From positions 1-62,294 of the forward strand of contig CAZNZD010000003.1 in assembly GCA_964577435.1 (NCBI GenBank): a stretch of 62,294 nt of DNA, read 5' to 3'. The notes below the pieces were generated by a model. It was not told the origin of the DNA. It did not search any database and saw nothing but the letters and a program-made list of their open reading frames with translations. Every line of letters starts with the position of its first letter. The first letter of the stretch is position 1. Of this stretch, positions 1 to 10,000 are shown in pieces. This DNA is from an uncultured Clostridia bacterium (GTDB lineage Bacteria; Bacillota; DTU025; MWDF01). The translations under genes and the position numbers were made by a program.

Positions 1-1
1 G

Positions 2-1312
<1,311 letters not shown>

Positions 1313-1325
1313 GGAGGCTGGGATT

Positions 1326-1724
1326 ATGGACAGGAAGATCAGGGTACTTGTGGCCAAGCCGGGCCTCGACGGACATGACAGGGGCGCAAAGGTAGTCGCC
1401 CGCGCGCTAAGAGACGCCGGCATGGAGGTAATCTACACCGGCCTCAGGCAGACCCCCGAGCAGATCGTAAACGCCGCTGTACAGGAGGATGTGGACTGCG
1501 TGGCGCTGTCTATCCTCTCCGGCGCGCACAATCACCTCTTCCCTAGGGTAGTCGAGCTGCTTAAGGAGAAGGGCGCAGACGATGTTCTGGTGATAGGCGG
1601 CGGCGTCATCCCCGACGAGGACATACCCGGCCTAATTGCAGGTGGCATCGCCGGCGTTTTCACCCCCGGAACCCCGACCACGAAGACGGCAGAGTTCATC
1701 CGCGAGAATATCAAGAGGAAGTAG
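1326..1724 (+). CDS. Methylmalonyl-CoA mutase cobalamin-binding (small) subunit
   Basis: [12 protein letters not shown] (DxHxxG) B12 motif; AGGAGG SD upstream of ATG 1326. Confidence 0.95.
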   Translation: MDRKIRVLVAKPGLDGHDRGAKVVARALRDAGMEVIYTGLRQTPEQIVNAAVQEDVDCVALSILSGAHNHLFPRVVELLKEKGADDVLVIGGGVIPDEDIPGLIAGGIAGVFTPGTPTTKTAEFIRENIKRK

Positions 1725-1725
1725 G

Positions 1726-2709
1726 ATGTGCCCTGCTGACATAGAAGCAAAGGTCAAGGCCCTTGTAGACGGGGCTGCGTCGGGAGACGTCCGCTCCGTC
1801 TCAAGGCTCATTAGCCTTGTAGAGAACGAAGACCACGGCTACAAGCTCGCCTATTCGCTGCTGTATCCGCTCACCGGAAAGGCGAAGGTCATCGGAATCA
1901 CAGGCCCTCCCGGCGGCGGCAAGAGCACCCTCGTGGACAAGTTCGCGATAAGGCTCAGAGACCGCGGTCACAGGGTCGGCATCATTGCCGTCGATCCGAC
2001 ATCCCCGTTCACCGGAGGCGCAGTGCTCGGCGACAGGGTCAGGATGCAGAGGCACAACGCGGACCCCGGCGTCTTTATAAGGAGCATGGGAACGCGCGGT
2101 CACTTAGGCGGCCTGTCAAAGGGCACTTCCGCGGCTGTAGACGTGCTTGATGCCGCAGGATACGATTATGTGCTCATCGAGACTGTGGGCGTCGGCCAGT
2201 CGGAAATCGAGATATCCTCACTCTCAGACCTTGTCATACTCCTCAACGTGCCCGGCCTGGGCGATGAGATACAGATCATCAAGGCTGGCATCATGGAGAT
2301 CGGAGACGTCTTTGTTGTAAACAAGATGGACCGTCCGGGCGCCGACCGGACGAAGGCGGAGCTGGAGTATGCGCTGGATTTGGGACATGAGCTCCCGAGG
2401 CGGCCTAAGGTCCTCATGACCAATGCCGAGACTTCCGAGGGGGTAGACGAGCTTGTGGAGGAAGTCGACGACTACTATGGCTGGCTAAAGGAGACCGGGC
2501 TTCTTGCGAAGAGGCGCTTCAGGCACTCGGAGCTGGTCGTATCCAGGATATTGGCAGACAGGCTCCTTAAACGCCTGAGCTCAGAGGGGGAAGGCGGGAA
2601 AGCGGCCCACGACCTGTACTCCAAGGTGGCCGGAAGGCAGATGACGCCATTTGATGCCGCCGAGAGGCTTTTCAACACAGTGATCGATGAAAGGGAGGTT
2701 CAGCCATGA
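1726..2709 (+). CDS. meaB: MeaB/ArgK GTPase chaperone of methylmalonyl-CoA mutase
   Basis: GITGPPGGGKSTL, AVDPTSPFTGGAVLGDRVRM, ETVGVGQSE, NKMD; operon context. Confidence 0.93.
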   Translation: MCPADIEAKVKALVDGAASGDVRSVSRLISLVENEDHGYKLAYSLLYPLTGKAKVIGITGPPGGGKSTLVDKFAIRLRDRGHRVGIIAVDPTSPFTGGAVLGDRVRMQRHNADPGVFIRSMGTRGHLGGLSKGTSAAVDVLDAAGYDYVLIETVGVGQSEIEISSLSDLVILLNVPGLGDEIQIIKAGIMEIGDVFVVNKMDRPGADRTKAELEYALDLGHELPRRPKVLMTNAETSEGVDELVEEVDDYYGWLKETGLLAKRRFRHSELVVSRILADRLLKRLSSEGEGGKAAHDLYSKVAGRQMTPFDAAERLFNTVIDEREVQP

Positions 2710-3113
2710 AGGCCCTGAAAGTGGACCATATAGGAATAGCGGTTACAAGCCTTGAGGAGAGCGCGAAGATGTACGAGGCCATGGGCCTCAAGATGCACGG
2801 CACCGAGGAGGTGGCGGAGCAGAAGGTCCGCGTAGGTTTCTTCCCCGTGGGAGACACGGAAGTGGAGCTTCTTGAAAGCACCGATCCAGAGGGGCCCATA
2901 GCGAAGTTCATCGAGAAGAACGGCGGAAGGGGCGGCATCCAGCACCTGGCCTTCAGGGTGGACAATGTCGCGGAGGCTATCGAATCGCTGAAGGCCGCAG
3001 GAGTGCCGATGATCGACCAGGCGCCCAGGTACGGGGCAGGAGGCGCGAAGATCGCATTCATCCATCCGAAGGCGACTGGCGGAGTGCTCATAGAATTATC
3101 CGAAAGGGACTGA
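2706..3113 (+). CDS. mce: Methylmalonyl-CoA epimerase (VOC fold)
   Basis: DHIGIAV, GIQHLAFRV, AFIHPKATGGVLIEL; ATGA overlap with meaB. Confidence 0.93.
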   Translation: MKALKVDHIGIAVTSLEESAKMYEAMGLKMHGTEEVAEQKVRVGFFPVGDTEVELLESTDPEGPIAKFIEKNGGRGGIQHLAFRVDNVAEAIESLKAAGVPMIDQAPRYGAGGAKIAFIHPKATGGVLIELSERD

Positions 3114-3180
3114 TATAAGGCTTTATACAGCAAGACCCCGGACTTTGCGGCCCGGGGCCTTATCATTGCCGATTTCTGTG

Positions 3181-3675
3181 TTACAGCGCTTCTCGGACTA
3201 TTCCCTCCATCTTGGCAGAGAACAAGATAATCCCGGCTTCGACCGATCTGGCAAGCTTGTCCGTATCGTCGAAGTCCGGCCGCTCTGCGAGGACTCCCTC
3301 GACAATCGAATCGACGCCGGGAGCCACCCTGGAAAGCTCATATCCTCCAAGGTCATGTCCCTTCAGAAGCTCAATGTACTCGGCCTGGACCTTCCTGTTG
3401 CCGCCTGCGAGCCAGACCTCCAGCCTATTGCCCTCATGGAGGTAGACCACCGCGACCTTGAGCTTCCTTTCATTGAGATAAGGCGGAGTGAAGGAGAAGT
3501 ACGTCATATCCATGTAGCCCTGGTAAAGCGAGCCTGCCGAATGATCAGGATGATTCGTTGCCAGCATATCCCTCAGTCCGGACATGAAAGATATGATGCC
3601 CCTGTATGCTCTCTGAATACTCCCCACCCTAAGCTGGCGGTTGTATTCGCTGACATCCTCGCTCAGAGAAGCCAT
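3181..3675 (-). CDS. Conserved hypothetical protein (DUF7000-like)
   Basis: YQGYMDMTYFSFTP and EVWLAGGNRKVQ resemble a conserved DUF family; GGAGG SD before MASLSED. Confidence 0.6.
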   Translation of the reverse strand: MASLSEDVSEYNRQLRVGSIQRAYRGIISFMSGLRDMLATNHPDHSAGSLYQGYMDMTYFSFTPPYLNERKLKVAVVYLHEGNRLEVWLAGGNRKVQAEYIELLKGHDLGGYELSRVAPGVDSIVEGVLAERPDFDDTDKLARSVEAGIILFSAKMEGIVREAL

Positions 3676-3698
3676 GCCCCCTCCTCCTTCTGCGCATC

Positions 3699-4223
3699 TT
3701 ACCTCTTCGATTCCCAATCCTCGCGGGTTATCTCGTATAGGTCCACCTCTTGGCCGTTAAACAGGGCCGTCTTCCTGAGACCCATCCCCAGCGTTGAAAG
3801 AATCGCCGCAGATTTCCCGTTTTCCCGCTCCACGGTGGCATTCACCTTTGCCAGGCCAAGTGACGCGAATGCGTAGTCAAGGCAGGCGCGGGCGCCCTCG
3901 AGCGCATACCCCTTCCCCCAATGCGCCTTGGCCAGCATATAGGCGAGGCAGTCATGGGCTGAGCCGTCCACGGTCTCCCTGATGATTCCCATCTGCCCGA
4001 TGAACCCGCCACCGTATATGAGCTCCGCAGCCCAGTAATCGTAACCCGGGTCACGGTATGCTTTCATGCACGAAGCGAGCCATTTGTGGGAAGACTCCGC
4101 GTCCAGCGGCCCTGAGCAGTATCTCATCACCTCAGGGTCGGACAGAAGCCCAGCGATGTCTGCCAGGTCGCCGCCTTCGAGGTGCCTGAACAGGATCCTA
4201 TCCGACTTGAACAGCGTACTCAT
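3699..4223 (-). CDS. GNAT N-acetyltransferase, RimJ/RimL type
   Basis: SDPEVMRY, YMLAKAHWGKGYALEG, NGKSAAILSTLGM. Confidence 0.85.
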   Translation of the reverse strand: MSTLFKSDRILFRHLEGGDLADIAGLLSDPEVMRYCSGPLDAESSHKWLASCMKAYRDPGYDYWAAELIYGGGFIGQMGIIRETVDGSAHDCLAYMLAKAHWGKGYALEGARACLDYAFASLGLAKVNATVERENGKSAAILSTLGMGLRKTALFNGQEVDLYEITREDWESKR

Positions 4224-4236
4224 CTCAATCACCCCG

Positions 4237-5373
4237 TCAAGCTTCATCCGGTTTATTGATGACCCCCAGATGCCTTCTGGCTGAGGACGCATACCCATGC
4301 GCCATTAAGTCCGCCCAGAAGGCCGCCCTTCTCGGATTATTCGCGGCAGGACCGTTCAAGCTTGGCTGCTTCCTCGAGCAGTCTGCCATGTCGCTTTCCC
4401 TCATCTCCATTGTATTCCCGATATCATCGAGCATGCACGCTCCTTTGTCCGTGTTCAGCAGTATCACGGACACTCCGAGCTCATCTTTGAGGTCGCTAAA
4501 CTTCCTGCCTGCCCCCCAATAGTCGCCTATAGTGATGTCAGAATGCCTTCTCTTGCCTGCGTACGGGCATTCATAGCATGATGGCCTCAGTATCAGCCTG
4601 GACAGGAACAGCCCCTTCAGAAGCTGGGAATCCTCGCTAGAGCTGTCTGTTGACCCGTCCTCGAAGGTTACCTCCTCACGATGGCCGGACCAGCCGAACT
4701 CCTTGGGGCGGAATCGATAGCCTGAAGCCTTCTTCCCGTGCAGGGCCTCAAGATGGCTGATATGCTCCTTAAGCAGTTTCACGCTATAAGCCCCGTAGCA
4801 GATGAGGTCTACAAGAAGCAGCCCAACGAAGTCGGCGCCTGTCAGCCTTACGAACCGCTTAAGTGCATCTGCCTGGCAGGGAAGCCCGGTGAACATGACC
4901 GGCGTACCGGCTGCAAGATCGCCGGCCACCCGGTTGTACGCTCCCTCGGCATCGCTTTGCGCATACTTCGAACCTCTTAGGCAATCACTGGAAGCCCCAT
5001 CAATAGCCCTAACGTGCCTCACGCTGAAGTCGCCTTCCAGCTTTGCGCCATACACTGCCCCGCCTTTGGCCAGTACTGCATCAGATATTGCGGTGAATGC
5101 GCCGCCGGACGTGCTCCCCAGCCGCGTCTTGTCGTCCTTATGCTTTGCAGCGAACACTTTGGGCTCATGCAGGCTTCCCGACATCTCCCCCGCTTTGGCG
5201 AAGGCGCATGCCCTCCTGCAGAGCCCGCAGTCGATGCAAGTCGAATCATCGATGAAAGGGTACAGAAAACCCTCCTCATCATCGACCATCGAGATGGAAC
5301 CTGAAGGGCAGATGTCCGCGCAGGCTGCGCATCCGCAGCAGGCCTCTTTCCTGTCGTATACGTTGTCCATCAA
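4237..5373 (-). CDS. 4Fe-4S ferredoxin plus coenzyme F420 hydrogenase/dehydrogenase beta-subunit-like protein
   Basis: CCGCAACADICP and CIDCGLCRRAC; STSGGAF, RGSKYAQS, FTGLPCQ, DLICYG, LRPSCYECPY, SDITIGDYWG. Confidence 0.85.
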   Translation of the reverse strand: MMDNVYDRKEACCGCAACADICPSGSISMVDDEEGFLYPFIDDSTCIDCGLCRRACAFAKAGEMSGSLHEPKVFAAKHKDDKTRLGSTSGGAFTAISDAVLAKGGAVYGAKLEGDFSVRHVRAIDGASSDCLRGSKYAQSDAEGAYNRVAGDLAAGTPVMFTGLPCQADALKRFVRLTGADFVGLLLVDLICYGAYSVKLLKEHISHLEALHGKKASGYRFRPKEFGWSGHREEVTFEDGSTDSSSEDSQLLKGLFLSRLILRPSCYECPYAGKRRHSDITIGDYWGAGRKFSDLKDELGVSVILLNTDKGACMLDDIGNTMEMRESDMADCSRKQPSLNGPAANNPRRAAFWADLMAHGYASSARRHLGVINKPDEA

Positions 5374-5569
5374 TAATCAACCCCTCCGGGATGATTGGCT
5401 GAGCTAAGTACGGCCATTCCTTGGGACGGGCCCCGGGTATCCGCAATACATGGTAATCCTTTATCCGCAATCGTCATAATTCCTTCTGAGTGCCTTTCCC
5501 TGAAGGATTCGTCGAAGCTTCATTGAATTATGATTTGTTGTCCAAATCAACAGGAATCGGGGGTTAGAC

Positions 5570-6076
5570 ATGAAGAGAGCTACTTTGGCGGCGATTATCG
5601 CAATGATCATCGTTCTGGCGGCATCATCGGCATCCTCGGCTAAGAACAACTCCCTCAGCCTCACTGGATCGTTCGGCTCGACGTTGCTCGGCCTTGAGTA
5701 TGAAAGGCGCATCGGCCATTTCGGGCTTGGCCTGGAAGCCTCCACGTTCTTGAGCTTCCCGTATTATCAGCAGATCGAGGCTCTTCCTCTCAGGGTCAAC
5801 GGACTTATGAGATACTACCTGGGCGACGTCTCCTGGATCAAGCCCTACATATCACTCGCTCCCGGTGCGTTCTTCTCATTCTTCCCGGCCGAACCGGAAG
5901 GTTTCGATTACAACCTGGCATTCAACATGCATGCCACGGCAGGTGTCGAGATAACCCCAGGGCCGCTAAGGGTGGCGGTAGAGGCAGGATATGAGTTCAT
6001 TGCGGTCTTCCTGTATCCAGAGCCCGTGGCAGAGGGCTGGTTCTTCATGAAGGCGGCCGTCGGATTGAGATTCTAG
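5570..6076 (+). CDS. Putative small outer-membrane beta-barrel protein
   Basis: Signal peptide; amphipathic strands (GLEYERRI, AGVEITP, VEAGYEF); C-terminal KAAVGLRF with terminal Phe typical of BAM substrates. Confidence 0.6.
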   Translation: MKRATLAAIIAMIIVLAASSASSAKNNSLSLTGSFGSTLLGLEYERRIGHFGLGLEASTFLSFPYYQQIEALPLRVNGLMRYYLGDVSWIKPYISLAPGAFFSFFPAEPEGFDYNLAFNMHATAGVEITPGPLRVAVEAGYEFIAVFLYPEPVAEGWFFMKAAVGLRF

Positions 6077-6112
6077 CGTGAAGCCTCAGCGAAGAAAATC
6101 TGAACAATAGGC

Positions 6113-6145
6113 GCGGACCCGGCTTCTCGCCGGGTCCGCCCTTTT
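6113..6145. terminator. Intrinsic terminator hairpin between convergent genes
   Basis: gcggacccggc-ttctc-gccgggtccgc followed by cctttt. Confidence 0.7.
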
Positions 6146-6146
6146 C

Positions 6147-6956
6147 CTACAGCTCGTTCAGGTGCTCGAAGTAGAACGACTCCGGTACGTAGAATGTACT
6201 CCCCTTTACTCCCCTCAGGCTGAAGCGCCTGAAATACATCACGTCGCTCGGCATCCTATCGTTCCCCTCATCGTCCGGAGGAAGCTCCGATTCATAGTGG
6301 CCGCTGTCGGCCGTGACATCCACGGTGATGAGCTCGTTCGGTTCGATGTCCAGCTCGAAGCTCTGATACTCCCGCGCGTTGATGAAAAGGGTGATGGTGT
6401 CGCCGCGCCTTGAAAGCGTGAGCATGTTGATGCCGTTCATTATCGTGCCCGTATCCTCGGTGCGCTCGATTATCGTCTGCCCCTTGAAGAGGACTGCAAG
6501 ATGCGGCTCAGTCGGCTTCTCCACAGGGTTGTTCCTCAGGAAGAAGAACCCCAGCTCGGTCGGAGGCGGACATGCCGCGGGCAGAGTGTAGTCGTCTCCG
6601 AGGCACGGTACGTTCAGGATGTTGATCATGAACACGAAGAAGCCGTTCCAATGCCCGTCATCGGCTCCGGACGGCTTGCAGTCGAGCTCGAACTCCATAG
6701 TGAAGTCGAAGTCGTTGATGAAGGCAAGCGGCGCTATCACCTTGTAATTGTGCAGCGAAAGGCCCTTTCTGGGGACGAAATGGAAACCGGTGGCCATCCC
6801 CTCTTCCTGCTCAGGCCTGAGGCTTGTGCCTCCCCTCCAGCTTAGCACCGGCGTCGCCACGAAGTCGTCCACCCTAGTGCTCAGCAATAGGCAGCCCGAA
6901 AGCATCGAGACCATGGCTAGAAGACATGCGGCTAGAATTAACCTGCGGATTCTCAT
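6147..6956 (-). CDS. Hypothetical lipoprotein, possibly ConA/DUF1080-like beta-sandwich
   Basis: Lipobox MLSG-C after a basic then hydrophobic N-terminus; beta-rich; resembles 36984..37631. Confidence 0.6.
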   Translation of the reverse strand: MRIRRLILAACLLAMVSMLSGCLLLSTRVDDFVATPVLSWRGGTSLRPEQEEGMATGFHFVPRKGLSLHNYKVIAPLAFINDFDFTMEFELDCKPSGADDGHWNGFFVFMINILNVPCLGDDYTLPAACPPPTELGFFFLRNNPVEKPTEPHLAVLFKGQTIIERTEDTGTIMNGINMLTLSRRGDTITLFINAREYQSFELDIEPNELITVDVTADSGHYESELPPDDEGNDRMPSDVMYFRRFSLRGVKGSTFYVPESFYFEHLNEL

Positions 6957-7099
6957 GACCTTTACCTCCCTATATTCACTTCATCGCATCCTTGAAAATG
7001 GCCCTGGCGTCCGACTGCGGACAGGATTTTTATTTCAATTGTAGAATCATATCAATGGTATTCCTTTGATCGATCATATCGCGACTGGAGGCGAGCCTA

Positions 7100-10000
7100 A
7101 TGAGAAGGTCTCTTCTAAGGGTGGTCTGCCTCGCATTTGTTGCCTTCATCCTCATTTTAGCATGCACATCGGCCTATGCATCTGTTTTTTCGGATTTCAA
7201 GTCGGGGATTTCCGGATTCGTGCAGGAATCGGGAATCGCCAAGGCCGTAAGCGCCGCACAGGCCATCCTGACCAAATCAGCGACAAGCGGCATCTCTGTC
7301 CTGAACCGCTTCAAAAACCCCCTTGAGGTCAAACTGGAGGAGGAATTGCCGGCGGTCGCGGGCGAACTTGGCAAGCTTGCCCAGGCGATGGTCTACATAA
7401 CCGGCCCTCAGGTCAAGGCGGCCTATGACAAGATCAGGTCCGCACTGGCATCCATCCCTGACGCTGAGATAGGCTGGAGCTTCCCCGGAGGAAGGTTCGA
7501 GGCTTTCAAGAGGGGAGGCTCCCTTGCCGTGATGGGCATAGTAAGGGCCTCGGGAAGCAGGCTCATTGTGGGCATCTCAAACTCCGACCCGCTTTGCGAC
7601 TACGCCGCGGGCAGGCTTCCCAACCCCACGCCAGGACTACCTTACGCATTCATCGACATAACCGGCGGGGTGAACTCCTCCTTCCAGGCTAGGGCGCCCC
7701 TTGCAGGGGGGCTTCCTTTGATAAGGGCTTCGTCCTCGATGGAAATCGGCGGGCAGCTCTTCAGCATCGACATGTCCGCCTTCGACCTCGTCCCCACCAA
7801 GGTGGAATGCGAGATAGGCCTCGGCATAGAGGCGACATTCGACGCGGAGCTGATGCTTGAGGGCGAACTTGAGGGAAAGCTCTGCTACGAGTGCGAACCT
7901 CATAAGGCCACGGCATTTGCCAGGCAGGCCATGGAGGCGATGCAAAGGTCGGCGCCAATAAAGCCCGGCATGGAGGTTGACGCAAGGACGGCCGCCAATA
8001 TGCTGTATGCAGGCTTCAGGCAGGTGCTTTCGAACCTGACATCATCGGGCGACACCCTAGGCGAGGTAGGCATACAGGTCGAGCTTACCGCCAAAGGGGG
8101 GATTGGGGCCGCCGACACGTCTGCAACAGCCGGAAGCCTGAAAGCAGGGATAGGCTTCATGCTTCCCGTCGGCGACGCCGCCAAGCTCACGCTTGCAGTC
8201 ATTGCCGACGTGATAACAGCCGGCATGGACTCCCTCCCTTACATTCAGAAATACGCAGCGTGTAGGTCCTTCAATGATCCAGAATCCATAGCGAGGGACG
8301 CGGAGAAGCTTCAGCGGATCCTCGCCGACCTTGGCAGAAGCGGCCTGTCAAAGGCCCTGGCGGCCTCATCGAACTCCAAGGCGAAGCTGGAGGTGGCCCT
8401 TGACGCGCTTGGCGAGGGAAAGTCCGATTCCTCCACTTCCCTACGCATGTTCGGGATAGAGGCTGAGATTCCGGCCGGTCGCAGCATTCAGGCTGTCTTC
8501 AAGCCGGAGTTCGTCCGGGAATGCATTAATGCGATAGCCTACATAATCGACCAGATATCCCCGAAGGGCATCTCCGGAAGGCGGGCGGCACCGGAGCCGG
8601 ACTGGAACAGCCTGTTATCCGTGATTCCAACCGGGACCGTGCTTGAATTGGAGCTCAGCCCCGGCATACCAGTCATGACCCTTGAAGCCAAGTTCCCCCT
8701 CTCCTCCCTTGTAGAGACCGTGAAGGCGGGGGGCTCTTCCGCAATCGACCTGCTGACATCGCTTCCCGAGTGCGTGCGAAGCGGCAACTTCACCCCGCTG
8801 ATGAAGAAGGCGGGCAGCTCATTTGCCGGCCTCACCGCTAAGGCGGTCACCGAGTTCAAGAAGGATTCCACCTTCACGCTTAAGCTCGGCGGAGGCTTCG
8901 ACGTATCATTGGGCGCCGAGGCCGCAGCGGAAATCGGCCTCGGGGCGAAGGCCTTCATCAAGACCGACCTTGAACTGCCATGCGTACTGGCCGGGAGCAA
9001 GTTCGACAGCGCTGGCAAGGACGGCGAGGCTTCCGTCGGCCTTCTGTTCGAGTTCGAAGGCGAGGGCAAGGTCGAACCAGGCGAGTTAGTCGAAGTGGAG
9101 GCGTCTGCAGGGATAGACACGAAGCATAAGCTATTCAATGTGACGTTCAAGGAGGTGGACAAGCAGCCCGGAGCCCCTGACGAGGTGATGGTCGCAGGCT
9201 TCCTGGTGACATCCTACAAGGGCACCATAGCCAATGACAGCTCGCTAAGCGGGTCAGGCAAGCTCCACCTTCCGGTAGGTGGCACGGTCGATGCGAACTT
9301 CAAGACCGACAAGGCAGGAAAGGTGCTGTCGGGCACCTGGAAGGGGACAGTAAGGATTGCCGAAAGGACCTTCAGCATAGCCTCAGGGACACTTAAAGAT
9401 GATGGGCTGCACTGGTCCGCAAATCCCGGCCTTCCCTTCATGCCGGCTTCGGCATCGATTGACATGCGCCTGGGACCCGACTTCGAGCTGTCAGGCCAGG
9501 GCGCTGCTACAGCAAGCCTTCTCGGAGTAAGCCAGCAATATGCAGTAGGCATAGACCTATCAACGGGGCAGTTCTACGCGACTGCCAAGCAGGCGGTCAA
9601 AATCGGCCCGTGGACTTTCACCAACGCAGACTTCCGCCTGGACAACTCCGGGATTAAAGGTTCCGGGGAGCTCACCATGCCCGGAGGGACTTCGACCAGG
9701 TGGGACATAAGTGTGACGAGTGACGGCACCATAAGCGGCAGCTACACCAAGGACTTCAAGATAGCCGGCTGGTCGCTGGCAAGGACGCAGCTTGCAATCG
9801 GCAACACTAAGATAACCGGCACAGGATATATAAAACTTCCCGGCACAGCCGCCGAGATGCAATACGGGATAACCATAACATCGGACCTGAAGCTCAGCGC
9901 TAGCTGGTCGGGCTCTGTCGGGTACGGCTCATGGACACTGGCTGAGGCGGCGGTCACGGTGACTGATGGCAGCTTCTCCGGAAGCGCCAAGGCCGGCATC

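Noticed and set aside
3145-3876. 243-aa plus-strand ORF
   Set aside because: Antisense to two recognisable minus-strand genes; no motifs.
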